Position numbers and translations under genes: made by a program
From: Methanomassiliicoccaceae archaeon
Lineage (GTDB): Archaea > Thermoplasmatota > Thermoplasmata > Methanomassiliicoccales > UBA472
Direction of reading: 5' to 3'
Assembly: GCA_963827135.1 (NCBI GenBank)
Contig: CAWGZX010000005.1
Span: 123,435 to 187,434, forward strand
Length of the DNA stretch: 64,000 nucleotides
Part shown: positions 48,003-58,329 of the stretch, in pieces
Layout of the letters: the number at the start of each line of letters is the position of its first letter
Numbering within the stretch: position 1 is the stretch's first letter
The notes under the pieces: model-generated
The model's input: the letters and a program-made list of their open reading frames with translations, nothing else
Databases searched by the model: none
Told to the model about the DNA's origin: nothing

Positions 48003-49253
48003 TCAGATTTCCTTGAACTTCGTTGGGCTCCCTTTGAAAGCCCCCTTCCAATCGCCCTTCCGCTTAATGGCCCAACGCATGAGGTAGGGCGCGACGAGCG
48101 TCGTGGCCAAAGCCATGAAGACAACTGTGGCAAAGAGACTGTCCGAGAGAACCCCAGTAGTCAGACCGATGGAGGCGACGATGATGCCCACTTCACCTCT
48201 GGGTATCATGCCCATAGCCACGATGTTGGCACTGCCTTGACCCATTGACCTTGCACCTAGCCAGGATCCTCCATATTTAGTAATGATCGCAAGGAGCGTC
48301 AACATTACGGCTATAATTAAGACCCCCTCTCCTGTCATTGAGTCTATGCTCACCATGAACCCAATTTGAAGGAAGAAGAAGGGGACGAGGAACTCGTTGA
48401 TGGGCTCGAGCTTCTCCTCAGCAGGCCAGATGTCCTTGAACTCGGCGAAGAGCATCCCTGCGAGGAACGCTCCAATGATTGCTGCGAGGTTCAGGTAAGA
48501 AGCAAGTGCGGAAATCCCGAAACACACGATTAGTGCAAATGGGAGTGGGGTGATGTGCTTGTGCCAATGCTTGGTCGGTTTGATTTCCTTTGCCTTGGAG
48601 CGAGACTTAGGGATAAGATAGGTCACAAATATGACCAATAGCACGAATGCCACTGCCAATATTGCTACCGCGGCGATGTCAATGAGGCTGGTCCCGCTTC
48701 CTTGGGCTATACCTGAGATCATGGAGAGGATAATTAAACCGAGGACATCGTCGATTACCGCCGCGCCAAGTATTGTCTTGGCTTCGATGGTCTCGATCAT
48801 ACCCATATCTTTGAGCACATAAGCAGTGATGCCAATACTCGTCGCGACCAGGGCTGAGGCGATGAAAAGGCTCTCCAGAAGCTCAAACTGGAGCACTAGC
48901 ATGAAGGCCAGACCGCCGAAGAAGGGTATTACTACTCCGAGGATCGCTACCATAGCTGCGACCTTCCCCACTTTCCTCAGTTCATGCAATGGCGTCTCCA
49001 ATCCCACTATGAAAAGCAGGAAGATGACCCCCAACTCGGCAAATACCTCGAAGACAGCCTTATTCTCCTCATTGTTCAACTGCAGCATGGAGTAGATCGA
49101 CTGCCCGTCTATCGTGATATTGCTAATAGCAATCCCAACGAGCACCACTCCCACGACCACTGGCACTTCAAGGCGTTTGCAGATTACGCTAGCTATGCTC
49201 GCCAAGAGGACGAGGACGAATAGCTCGAATAGGACAACTTCCAAGTTGACCAT
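48003..49253 (-). CDS. Cation:proton antiporter (CPA2/Kef-type)
   Basis: 416 aa, polytopic, Na_H_Exchanger-like sequence. Confidence 0.85.
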   Translation of the reverse strand: MVNLEVVLFELFVLVLLASIASVICKRLEVPVVVGVVLVGIAISNITIDGQSIYSMLQLNNEENKAVFEVFAELGVIFLLFIVGLETPLHELRKVGKVAAMVAILGVVIPFFGGLAFMLVLQFELLESLFIASALVATSIGITAYVLKDMGMIETIEAKTILGAAVIDDVLGLIILSMISGIAQGSGTSLIDIAAVAILAVAFVLLVIFVTYLIPKSRSKAKEIKPTKHWHKHITPLPFALIVCFGISALASYLNLAAIIGAFLAGMLFAEFKDIWPAEEKLEPINEFLVPFFFLQIGFMVSIDSMTGEGVLIIAVMLTLLAIITKYGGSWLGARSMGQGSANIVAMGMIPRGEVGIIVASIGLTTGVLSDSLFATVVFMALATTLVAPYLMRWAIKRKGDWKGAFKGSPTKFKEI

Positions 49254-49396
49254 AGCGCATCCCAGTCGATAATTGACCCGGTCTTATTTAAATCCTGGCC
49301 ATTTCCTCCGGGATGCTGGTAGACCGAGCTGTCGGGTCCGGTCGCCTACAAAAAGAATAAATATTCAGTCTGGTTCGCATGGTTTGAGAGAGAGCA

Positions 49397-49933
49397 ATGT
49401 CGCTTTGGAAGAAGGTCCCATCCGGACGCAACCCGCCGGAGATCATCAATGTCATCATCGAGACGCCCCGTGGAAGCAAGAACAAGTACGAGATTTCCAA
49501 GGAGCACGACTTCATACTCCTTGACCGGGTCTTGCATTCCAGCGTCGTGTTCCCGCATTCCTATGGACTTATCCCACGGACATACTATGACGACGACGAC
49601 CCAATGGACATCATGGTGCTGCTGAGCGAGACCACTTTCCCCGGTTGCGTGGTCGAGGCCCGTCCCATCGGCATGCTGAAGATCAAGGACGAGAAGGGAA
49701 AGGACGACAAGGTCCTGGCGGTGGCTACGAACGACCCCAGGGTCAAGGACTACCATGAGCTAGAGGACGTGCCCAAACATTACTTGGACGAGATCGCCGA
49801 GTTCTTCAAGACCTACAAGACCTTGGAGGAGGGAAAGCACACCGAGGTCCAAGGCTGGGTGGGAAGGGAGGAGGCTATCGTCGCCATTTCCTATGGCTTA
49901 AGCCTCTTCCGTGAGAAGTTCGCCTACAAGTGA
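49397..49933 (+). CDS. ppa: Inorganic pyrophosphatase (family I)
   Basis: ..EIPRGSKNKYE.., DDDPMD, DDKV motifs. Confidence 0.93.
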   Translation: MSLWKKVPSGRNPPEIINVIIETPRGSKNKYEISKEHDFILLDRVLHSSVVFPHSYGLIPRTYYDDDDPMDIMVLLSETTFPGCVVEARPIGMLKIKDEKGKDDKVLAVATNDPRVKDYHELEDVPKHYLDEIAEFFKTYKTLEEGKHTEVQGWVGREEAIVAISYGLSLFREKFAYK

Positions 49934-49961
49934 GCTCGCGCCTCGTCTAGGGCAAAAGTCA

Positions 49962-50345
49962 CTAGGACTGAACGAACTTGACATAGTCGATCTGATCGTC
50001 CTTCTGGAAGGAGGCGATCATTTCCTGGACCGGCAGGGCAGGGCCTCGCACGATGAACACCTCCAGGCACTTGTGGTTGCGAAGGTGGGAATGTATCTGC
50101 GTGGCCACCACCTCCTGAAAGGAGTGGCTGATGTCCCCCAGGTCGGGTGCCCCGTGGGAGCCATGGACCACGATGAGGACCCCTTCCACCTCTCCCTTGA
50201 GGCTCTCGCGGTCCCGCACCTCGGCCTCGGCCGAACGGAGGCAGACTCGCATGGCCTCGCTTCGCCCGCTCAGGCCATGGGCTCTTTGCACCTTGTCCAA
50301 GGCCTTGATGTTATCATCGCTCAGGGAGATGGAGACGATCGGCAT
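49962..50345 (-). CDS. nikR: NikR-family nickel-responsive regulator (RHH + ACT-like metal-binding domain)
   Basis: N-terminal RHH (ISLSDDNIKALD..). C-terminal His/Cys pattern HGSH..H.H..HKC. Confidence 0.8.
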   Translation of the reverse strand: MPIVSISLSDDNIKALDKVQRAHGLSGRSEAMRVCLRSAEAEVRDRESLKGEVEGVLIVVHGSHGAPDLGDISHSFQEVVATQIHSHLRNHKCLEVFIVRGPALPVQEMIASFQKDDQIDYVKFVQS

Positions 50346-50435
50346 GAATACCGAATCGGGAAGCGTGTGTAAGTTCTTTGCTCTCGTTCCGAGGAAACGA
50401 TTTAATGAGGAAAGGCGATTCCAGGGCGTTCAGGG

Positions 50436-51800
50436 ATGGGTAAACCGATGGATGATGCCACTTCTTTCCAGAGCGTAGTGCAACTTTTCCTCTTGAGATA
50501 TCATGGTTGCGCGGCCAGTGCTAGCTCGAGCCAAGATGAGGGGGAGTTCCTGAAGGTCCAAGAGAGGAACTACCGCCTGCTCCTAAGCTACGGTCTCGAT
50601 CCTGAGTTCAGGCTCGCGATAACCAAGGAGATCGCTTCCACCCCTTCAAGCGGTGAATGGCGGGAGGAGTTGGGCTTCGTCCTCGGCCTGGAGCTCGTAC
50701 TATCTAAGAATGGTAACTGGCTCTACAGACGCATAATCTCAGAGGAGAGGAAAAAAGAGCTAGAGGAAGCGTATCCAGAGGTCCTCGGGCAGGCCAAAGG
50801 CAGCATGTCCTCGATCGATGAGCTGCTTTCCGCGACCACCTCGGCAAGAAGGAGCGCGGAGCCCGAGTTCGCGCCTCTCAAAACCGCGGTGGACAAACTG
50901 TTCCCCGAAGGCTTCGAGGTGACCAGCGCCATTCAAGCCCTACGCCTGCACGGCTCCTTCCTCGATCTCGAGCCAGGGTGGATCGAAGATCTCGATGACT
51001 TCCAGCGCGCCCTGGCCGAGAACATGCGCCAAATCATGCTGAAGCTCGGTGACAGGTCGGAGGTGGACAGTAACCAGTTGGAGCAGGTGCAAGGCTGCAC
51101 CGTCTCCGTGGAGCTGATGTTCTGCATCGCCAATGAGGCGGTGGCCTTGCGTTGGTTCCGGGGGTTGAGCCCGGAGGAGCAGGAGAAGGTCCTGGCCTCA
51201 ACGATGGAGCTGACATGGGACGAGGAGAGATTGACCAAGGCCCTTGAAAGACGCTTCGCATGGTGCAAGGACCCTGTCCAAGGTTCTCGGGCGGCGATGG
51301 ATGCCGCGGAGTCCTATAGGCAGTACGGCGTGAGCGATGCTGCCATCTATATATATCAAAAGTTGCTGGACGACGCCAGGGTCGAGGACCGGGAGAGGGC
51401 GGAGTCGCACAATCGAATGGCCGTCATCCATCGCGAGGAGGGTCGGCAGCACGATGCTTTCCTTGAATTCCAAGAGGCGGGCATCATCTGGGAGGCGCTC
51501 AAAGCGCCATGGGAGGGGGCGGTGACCTCAGCCTTCGTCGCCGAGGGGTACAGCACAGAGGAGAAGAAGGAGAAGGCGAACAAGTACCTGGAAGAGGCTT
51601 TCGTGATCATGTCAAGGGCCACGGAGGGCAAGGAGAAGATGGCCCGGGGGTACTTCTATCTGGCAGGCTGCGCCAATTCCACCGGTCGTTTGGACCTGGA
51701 GAGGCTCGCGCTGGAGAAGGGGCTGGCGTTCGCCCAATCCCTTGAGGATGGAGAGCTGTTCATCGAGATGAACCACCGTTTGATGAGCCTGCCGAGCTAG
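50436..51800 (+). CDS. Hypothetical protein (454 aa) with TPR-like helical C-terminal region
   Basis: Long ORF with good coding composition, divergent from nikR. No catalytic motif recognised. Confidence 0.5.
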   Translation: MGKPMDDATSFQSVVQLFLLRYHGCAASASSSQDEGEFLKVQERNYRLLLSYGLDPEFRLAITKEIASTPSSGEWREELGFVLGLELVLSKNGNWLYRRIISEERKKELEEAYPEVLGQAKGSMSSIDELLSATTSARRSAEPEFAPLKTAVDKLFPEGFEVTSAIQALRLHGSFLDLEPGWIEDLDDFQRALAENMRQIMLKLGDRSEVDSNQLEQVQGCTVSVELMFCIANEAVALRWFRGLSPEEQEKVLASTMELTWDEERLTKALERRFAWCKDPVQGSRAAMDAAESYRQYGVSDAAIYIYQKLLDDARVEDRERAESHNRMAVIHREEGRQHDAFLEFQEAGIIWEALKAPWEGAVTSAFVAEGYSTEEKKEKANKYLEEAFVIMSRATEGKEKMARGYFYLAGCANSTGRLDLERLALEKGLAFAQSLEDGELFIEMNHRLMSLPS

Positions 51801-51853
51801 CACTTCCAACGCTTATAATTAGTTCAGAGCCCAAATTACCTACAGGGGCCGAC

Positions 51854-52762
51854 ATGGGAGAGAAGGATTCGAAGCAATTGATCGAGAGGATCAGGGTAGA
51901 GCCGGGCAAGAGGATCGACCTTAAAGATTTCCCAACTAACTGGGAGGACACTGAGAGGTTCTCCATGAACGGAGCTAGGCTGTCCAAGGAGAGTGCCGAC
52001 GAGCTTATGGCCAAGAGCCAAAAGGAGCTTGCCAAGATGCAGGACGTGCTCTGGGCCAGCAACAAGTACTCGCTACTGATCATCCTTCAAGGTATGGACG
52101 CCGCGGGAAAGGACGGCATCATCAAGCACGTAATGTCCGGGGTGAACCCGCAGGGGTGCGAGGTCACCTCTTTCAAGGCACCCACCGCCGAAGAGCTGGA
52201 TCATGACTTCCTCTGGCGCTGCTTTAAGGTCATGCCCGGCAGGGGGAAGATCGGCATCTTCAACCGCTCCTACTATGAGGAGGTCCTCGTGGTCAGGGTC
52301 CATCCCGACTTCCTGGTAGGGCAAAGGCTTCCTTACAAGGACTATGGGCAGGACTTCTGGAATGAGCGCTATCACAGCATAAACGAGCTGGAGAAGCACC
52401 TATCCCGAAATGGGACAGTGATCATCAAATTCTTCCTCAACGTGTCGCAGGAAGAGCAAAGGACCCGCCTCTTGGAGAGAATCGAGACCCCGGAGAAGAG
52501 ATGGAAGTTCAACCCCAATGACGTCAAGGAGAGGGACCTATGGCTAAGGTATAAGGACGCCTATCAGGAGATGCTTGAAAGGACCAGCACGGAATCCGCT
52601 CCTTGGTATGTCCTGCCAGCAGATCAAAAATGGCTCTCCCGAGTCCTAGCGGCCCAGGTCATCATGTCCGAGATCAAGAGGCTGGGCCTGGAATACCCGG
52701 AACTGCCCAAGGAGTACCTGAAGTCCGTGGAGGACGCCAAGGCAAAGCTCCAGAAGGGGTAA
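51854..52762 (+). CDS. ppk2: Polyphosphate kinase 2 family (polyphosphate:nucleotide phosphotransferase)
   Basis: Walker A GMDAAGKDG, FNRSYYE motif. Confidence 0.9.
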   Translation: MGEKDSKQLIERIRVEPGKRIDLKDFPTNWEDTERFSMNGARLSKESADELMAKSQKELAKMQDVLWASNKYSLLIILQGMDAAGKDGIIKHVMSGVNPQGCEVTSFKAPTAEELDHDFLWRCFKVMPGRGKIGIFNRSYYEEVLVVRVHPDFLVGQRLPYKDYGQDFWNERYHSINELEKHLSRNGTVIIKFFLNVSQEEQRTRLLERIETPEKRWKFNPNDVKERDLWLRYKDAYQEMLERTSTESAPWYVLPADQKWLSRVLAAQVIMSEIKRLGLEYPELPKEYLKSVEDAKAKLQKG

Positions 52763-52827
52763 GGCGCCTTGGTGCACTGGCATTTAATATTCATTCTACC
52801 AATACCAGCCGGACCAACAGTGAAAAT

Positions 52828-53565
52828 ATGAAGCTGCCATTGCCGGACGTCGGATCGATCGTTGGCAGAGAAAACCAACCACCGAAGCAGATGATCGCTT
52901 TCGTGGGCGAGACCCTATCGCTCGGGGACCGCCTTTCCGAGCTGCTCTACGGCGTCCTGATGGTAACCTCGATATCGGGCCTGGTCCTGATCGGCGAGCC
53001 TGGCGGAGAGAACGACCTGTATTACATGCTGGTCGTGCTCTTCATCACCATCGTCATGTGGGGCTTGCTCGATGGGATATCCTATGCTTTGCTGAGCTCG
53101 GCAAATAGGGCTGAGCGCGAGAGCCTCATGGAATCTCTTGAGACGGAAAAAGACCAATTGAAGCGTAAGCAGGCGATCGAAGAGGACCTGGATGGAACAC
53201 TGGTATCCAGGCTGGACGAGGATTCCAAGCAGAAGATCATAGACATTGTCAGCAACGGATTGCCTCGGAACGGGGAGAGGATGACGAAGAACAGGCTGAC
53301 CAGCTACGAGAAGAGCATCGTCCTCGCCGCGTTCCTGCTGGACTTCATACCCTTGATCATCCTGGTCTTCCCATACCTCTTCTTCGACAACGTCAAGACC
53401 GCTGCGCTTACTTCACACATAATTGCCTTGGGAATGTTCGTCATAATTGGATTCTACTACGCAAAATACGCGCACTTGAACAAATGGAAAGGGGCTTTCA
53501 TTTGCGGGCTCCTTGGCCTGATTCTGGTGATATTCGCAGAATCGACCAACATGGTATTGATCTAG
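52828..53565 (+). CDS. Five-TM membrane protein, distant VIT1/CCC1-like topology (paralog 1)
   Basis: ATG 52828. Two TMs, an acidic helical cytoplasmic insert, then three TMs. Paralogous to the next gene. Confidence 0.45.
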   Translation: MKLPLPDVGSIVGRENQPPKQMIAFVGETLSLGDRLSELLYGVLMVTSISGLVLIGEPGGENDLYYMLVVLFITIVMWGLLDGISYALLSSANRAERESLMESLETEKDQLKRKQAIEEDLDGTLVSRLDEDSKQKIIDIVSNGLPRNGERMTKNRLTSYEKSIVLAAFLLDFIPLIILVFPYLFFDNVKTAALTSHIIALGMFVIIGFYYAKYAHLNKWKGAFICGLLGLILVIFAESTNMVLI

Positions 53566-53576
53566 GAGGCGAAGAT

Positions 53577-54251
53577 ATGGCCCTGCCCTCATACCGGAAC
53601 TTCCTGGGCGCGTACACGTCCGCGAGCGAGAGGTATGCTGAGGCCTTCTATGGCATCATCATGGTGACAGGCTGTACCGGAATGGTCAGCCTGGGGGTGC
53701 CAAAGGAGGAGGCTGGGGTCCAGTTCATGCTCTGGACGGCGTTGTTCGTGAACATACTCTGGGGCCTCATCGACGGTTTCACGGTGGTTTACGGGTCGAT
53801 GGTGGACGAGGTCGCCTCCGATGTGGCGGTGGGGGACGTCAGGTCGGGCAAGGATAAGGAGCGGGCTACTGACGAGGTCCTAGGAGCCTTGGATGATTCG
53901 CTCATCGGCAAGCTGAGCGCCCAGGACAAGGCGAAGGTGGTCGAGGTCATTCGCACCGCCAAGAGCTATAGCCCTTTCGCCAATAAGCTGGGTTGGCAGG
54001 AGATCAAGAGGATCCTGGCCATCTTCTCGATAGATTTCATAACGGTGTTCCCAGTCTCCATACCCTTCATCTTCATGACCGACATCACCGACGCGGTCAG
54101 GGTTTCCTTCATCATCGCCACTTTCCTGATGGCCTATCTCGGCTACCAATGGGCCAAGTACGCGCGGATGAGGAGATGGAGGATCGCCGTGTACTTCTCA
54201 TCGTTCACCATCTTCCTGCTGATCATCTCATTCATCCTGGGCGGGATCTAG
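53577..54251 (+). CDS. Five-TM membrane protein, distant VIT1/CCC1-like topology (paralog 2)
   Basis: ATG 53577 with GGAGG upstream. Same architecture and shared motifs (YG..MVT, LWGL[IL]DG). Confidence 0.45.
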   Translation: MALPSYRNFLGAYTSASERYAEAFYGIIMVTGCTGMVSLGVPKEEAGVQFMLWTALFVNILWGLIDGFTVVYGSMVDEVASDVAVGDVRSGKDKERATDEVLGALDDSLIGKLSAQDKAKVVEVIRTAKSYSPFANKLGWQEIKRILAIFSIDFITVFPVSIPFIFMTDITDAVRVSFIIATFLMAYLGYQWAKYARMRRWRIAVYFSSFTIFLLIISFILGGI

Positions 54252-54344
54252 GCTGGGTCGTCACCCTGTCAAGGCCATGCGGCATTCTCTAAGGTACGGT
54301 CATTTCCAGACCTCACAGTGGCACTATGTTAGATAGTGGAGTAC

Positions 54345-55565
54345 TCAACTTCGCCCTTCCTCTGCCAAAGCCCGGTCAACGAAGTTACGCTTGCGTAGGG
54401 CGACGCGCGTGGAATCGAGCAATATGGTGATGACCATAAGCTGCAGAAGGACGCCCACTACCCATCCCCACTCCCAATCGATGAAGGGTTCCCCGATGGA
54501 GTTGTTATTGGTGAAAAGGAGGCTGAACAGTAGAGGGAGGTAGATGACCAGGCACCTTATCACCAGCCATCGGTTCTCAACGCCCCAGATGAGCAGGAGG
54601 GCGATAGGTAACGTGTAGTAACTGGCAGTGGTTCGAGGATAGGTCAAGATGAAGGCGGTTAGGACGATCAGCATGCCTTCCAAGAGGGTGTGTTTTCTCT
54701 TCAATCCGATGTAGTATGCGAGGATGAGGGCCCCGATGGTCAGCACGAGGTAGAACCATGAGGGGAGCTGAAGCCCGCCCATGCTCAAGAAGTCCCATAT
54801 GTTCAGGTTGGAAGTGGGTGCATCATCCGGTCCAGAATTGAGGAAATAATAAAAGGGGAAGCTTAGGAATTCCACGGGGCAGACTATCAGGAAGGGCAGA
54901 CATACCAAGAGGGACAATCCGACGACAATCCCCAATAAAACCAACCTCTCTCTCCTGGACCTCGCAGCCCTCCACTGAAAAGGGAACAAGAAGCCGTTGA
55001 TCAGCTTGGTCCATATCCCGATCGTCATGGCCACGGCGCTCCAACGCAGCCTACCTATGACGGCAAGGAGGATGGAAAGGACGAATACCCAGACCACGAT
55101 CGCCTCGTCCTCGATGGCGAACACGGTCTCTATGGTGCTCACCGGGATGAAAATGAAGATCAGCGCGACCCAGAAAGCCTTGGCATCATCGTAGCGGCGA
55201 AGGGCCCAGTAGAGCGAGAGCGAGGTCAGAAGGATGAACACCGAGAACCATGTCTGGTAGGCCAATTCGCTTCCGCCCGCCAGCTGCGCCGGGATCATGA
55301 GGTAGACTATCAGGGGCGGGGATTCGCAAGGTATGTCGCGGTACAGCCAAAGGCCGTCGAGTATGCCTTGGGTCCTCTCCCTGTAGAAGGAGATGTCGAT
55401 CGGGGCACCGACGTGGGCGTCGAGGAAATCGCGGAGGAAGAGTGCGTCAAAGGCGATTAGCGCTCCGAAGAAGAGGGCCCAGACCAGTATCAGAACATAG
55501 GCTCGTCTGCCGGGCGGAATCGAGCCTAGCCTGTCGTTCAGTCCTTGGAGGAGGCCCTGTGGCAT
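54345..55565 (-). CDS. Polytopic membrane protein, GT-C/DUF2029-like glycosyltransferase (tentative)
   Basis: 406 aa with more than 10 predicted TMs. The early loop resembles GT-C enzymes. Confidence 0.4.
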   Translation of the reverse strand: MPQGLLQGLNDRLGSIPPGRRAYVLILVWALFFGALIAFDALFLRDFLDAHVGAPIDISFYRERTQGILDGLWLYRDIPCESPPLIVYLMIPAQLAGGSELAYQTWFSVFILLTSLSLYWALRRYDDAKAFWVALIFIFIPVSTIETVFAIEDEAIVVWVFVLSILLAVIGRLRWSAVAMTIGIWTKLINGFLFPFQWRAARSRRERLVLLGIVVGLSLLVCLPFLIVCPVEFLSFPFYYFLNSGPDDAPTSNLNIWDFLSMGGLQLPSWFYLVLTIGALILAYYIGLKRKHTLLEGMLIVLTAFILTYPRTTASYYTLPIALLLIWGVENRWLVIRCLVIYLPLLFSLLFTNNNSIGEPFIDWEWGWVVGVLLQLMVITILLDSTRVALRKRNFVDRALAEEGRS

Positions 55566-55712
55566 CCCTGATGGATTCCCAAGGCGTTATTTCAACGTTT
55601 CCGGAAGAATAGGGGGCGGGGGCTGTTCTTCAGAGAAAGGAAGCTAGCGCCCTATCGGTCGCTCCATGTTCCAAAGCCGAATGGTACGAAGGTAGCCTCG
55701 TCCCATCGTCGG

Positions 55713-56480
55713 TCATTTCCGAGGGGGGTAATCCATCATCCTGGCTACCGAGGACTTCGACCCCGCGATCCCCTCTGGAGATGACGTCTCCAAGGGATCG
55801 GGCACCTCAGGAGCCTGGTCGACCGGGACGGGGCGCCTTTCTTTACCAGATCGTGAGACGAAACGCTTGAGCGAAGGGTGCAGCTCGAGGTCCTCGATGA
55901 ACCCCTCGCAGGTATGGCGCTTGAGATAGAACCTCGCGGACACGGTTACGATGAGGGCAGCGGCCGAGTTGCAGACCATGTCCCTGATGGTGTCCCAGGG
56001 ACTATACTGCATGTTGATCCCTGTTAAATTGTCGACGACGAGCTCGAGGACCTCCCAATAGATGCTGAACGTCATCACGATCAGGGCGATGAACAACGGG
56101 ATCCATCTCGGGGTGAAGTGCGTCTCCTTGTCGAAATGCTCGACCGCCATGAGGGAATAGAAGACCAGGAGGGCGATGGTAATCGTCGAAATCGTGTGGG
56201 TGATGGTGTCATACCACACGATGTCGTCGTACCTCATTAGAAGGACGCCGTACGCATGGACGAATATCGACGCCTCGATCATCAGGATCAATGCCAGCGG
56301 CAACCTCATGACACCGGCATGGCGGAAGAGCATCGGTATTAGGCAGAACAGGGCGCAGAGCACCCCGGTCCAAAGCTTGTACGCGGTGCGGTCGGTCCCG
56401 ACTGCCGAAAGTACCGTCATGAGGAGGAGCACCCCCGCAGCGAACATGCAGACGAGGTCGGAGAGGTCGATCTTCCTCAT
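55713..56480 (-). CDS. Membrane protein, possibly VanZ-like
   Basis: ATG 56480 overlaps the upstream stop (ATGA). WYDTITHT.. and YWEVLE..SPWDTIRDMVCNSAAA resemble VanZ motifs. Confidence 0.35.
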   Translation of the reverse strand: MRKIDLSDLVCMFAAGVLLLMTVLSAVGTDRTAYKLWTGVLCALFCLIPMLFRHAGVMRLPLALILMIEASIFVHAYGVLLMRYDDIVWYDTITHTISTITIALLVFYSLMAVEHFDKETHFTPRWIPLFIALIVMTFSIYWEVLELVVDNLTGINMQYSPWDTIRDMVCNSAAALIVTVSARFYLKRHTCEGFIEDLELHPSLKRFVSRSGKERRPVPVDQAPEVPDPLETSSPEGIAGSKSSVARMMDYPPRK

Positions 56481-57094
56481 GCCTCTCCTCCAGGGCACAA
56501 CCGGGACAGTTCCAGGGAATCGACGCGCTTCAAGTACTCATTGAAAACCACGGCATAGACGATCGTGGTGAAGGTCGTCACCGCCATCGGAAGCATGAGC
56601 ATCATGTTGACCACGTCGTTCTCCAAGGTGTTGCTGAAGTCGCCATTGTATAATGGGTAACCAGTGGAGGCCATCCAATAGATGGTGGAGAACGTCCACA
56701 GCACCGAAATCGAGCAGGCGAAGGTCAATGCGAACAGGACCACCCACCTTCTCGGCAGCGAGAGCTCAGTCCTGGCGTTCATGAAAACGGCAATCATCAT
56801 TCCCAATGCCATGCTGGCACACGCCTGGATCGCCAAAGATACCTGATAGTAGTACTCGAAATCGACGAACTGGCCCGCAATGATCAGGACGACGAAGGCG
56901 ACCAGCGGAATGATGGCGATGCCCATCAGATGCCGGTCGTACCCTTTGTTTGGGTCGCCCGTCGCGACCATGGGCGCGCACACCACCGCGATGCCTATGA
57001 CAGGAACGATCAGGCTATCCCAATCGCCTTTCCACACGGACATCGCCGCTATGGCGAAGGAGAGGATGATGATGACAAGGCTGTACCGGTTCAT
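56477..57094 (-). CDS. Hypothetical polytopic membrane protein
   Basis: 205 aa with about 6 TMs. Coupled to the downstream gene. Confidence 0.5.
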   Translation of the reverse strand: MNRYSLVIIILSFAIAAMSVWKGDWDSLIVPVIGIAVVCAPMVATGDPNKGYDRHLMGIAIIPLVAFVVLIIAGQFVDFEYYYQVSLAIQACASMALGMMIAVFMNARTELSLPRRWVVLFALTFACSISVLWTFSTIYWMASTGYPLYNGDFSNTLENDVVNMMLMLPMAVTTFTTIVYAVVFNEYLKRVDSLELSRLCPGGEA

Positions 57095-57310
57095 CTGGAT
57101 TCTCTTCGATTCAATAAAATCTACATATAATAACTTTTACTCTTTGTTCAACCCACCCCAAGACGCCCATGAAATTCAATCCATTCGAAGGCCATTCTAG
57201 TAATATCTAAGAAGATAATATTAAAGAAACACGCAGGGCTGGTATTGTAGCACCACCGCTTCAACGACCATCCATCATTTTAATAAGCTACAACGCACAA
57301 TCGATTCCCG

Positions 57311-57643
57311 ATGGCATACTGTCCCAAGTGCGGCAGGATGAATCCAGATGACGCCGTGTATTGCAATAACTGCGGGACCTCCTTAAGGACCGGCAAGAAG
57401 GACATGAACAGGGAATGCGATGATACCTGCTCAGGTCGCAGCCGGACGGGGCTCATCTTTTGGGGAATCATCGTGATCCTCCTTGGGATATGGGTCCTGA
57501 TCGAGTTCGGCCTCAGCAACATCGAGGGACTTCCCGAATGGCTCTACAGCATGGATTGGGGCTGGATCTTCGGCGTGGTGATAGGCATCGCCATACTGAT
57601 GGGCGGCATCGTCCTCATCATGAGAGCGGTCAGGCGTCAATAG
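57311..57643 (+). CDS. Zinc-ribbon membrane protein
   Basis: MAYCPKCG..YCNNCG followed by two TMs. Confidence 0.6.
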   Translation: MAYCPKCGRMNPDDAVYCNNCGTSLRTGKKDMNRECDDTCSGRSRTGLIFWGIIVILLGIWVLIEFGLSNIEGLPEWLYSMDWGWIFGVVIGIAILMGGIVLIMRAVRRQ

Positions 57644-58329
57644 AACCCACAGCCACGACCGCAGGCGCGGCAGGTCCTCGCGTGCCTCCAGTCGGAGATT
57701 TGTATCCTCGCATCCAGCCATAGGAAACACAGAATGACCGCTACCAGACTGTAGGCGGCGCTGCCCGTGGCGCTGAGCGTTCCCATGGTCACGAGGAAGA
57801 ACCCGATCACCAGCAGGGCATTGGCCAGGAGGTGGGAATGGTTGCTGCCCCGCCTCGACCCGATCCCCGCCAGGCAAAATGCGACGATGACCATGCCTAG
57901 GACTGTGGTAATCAGGCCCTCCCTGACATCCAAATCCAGGCCGAGTAGGTAGAGCAAGGACAATGCTAAGGCGACGGCTGAGCCGACCATGAGCCCTAGG
58001 CAACCGCCGCAATAACTTATTCCACGCATCGAGACGATGCGTTCCTGGAACGAGCCGCAGTCCGGATGGTGTGCCACATATCTCGGCCGGTCAGCCCCTT
58101 CCGGAGGTTCGGTGGGACGGCCTTTCTTCTTTCCTCCAAAGAACCTCGGCCTCGCGCTTAGGACTATTCCCAGGAGGCAGCTCGCCATGAATACCATGCA
58201 CACTATCGCTTTATCAGAAAAGGAAGGTCGGCTTGGCTGCATCGAACCTTCCCATGCCAGTAACAGGAGCAGGGCTGCTGCCGAGCTGGAAAGGAGGACG
58301 TAGACCAGGAGAACACCTTTTTTGTTCAA
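57637..58329 (-). CDS. Cys-rich polytopic membrane protein, DUF2085-like
   Basis: HHPDCGSF...SYCGGCLG motif and C-terminal CRACGRGCGFY. Candidate TTG start 58329 overlaps the rSAM TGA (58326-58328); alternative is ATG 58383. Confidence 0.5.
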   Translation of the reverse strand: MNKKGVLLVYVLLSSSAAALLLLLAWEGSMQPSRPSFSDKAIVCMVFMASCLLGIVLSARPRFFGGKKKGRPTEPPEGADRPRYVAHHPDCGSFQERIVSMRGISYCGGCLGLMVGSAVALALSLLYLLGLDLDVREGLITTVLGMVIVAFCLAGIGSRRGSNHSHLLANALLVIGFFLVTMGTLSATGSAAYSLVAVILCFLWLDARIQISDWRHARTCRACGRGCGFY

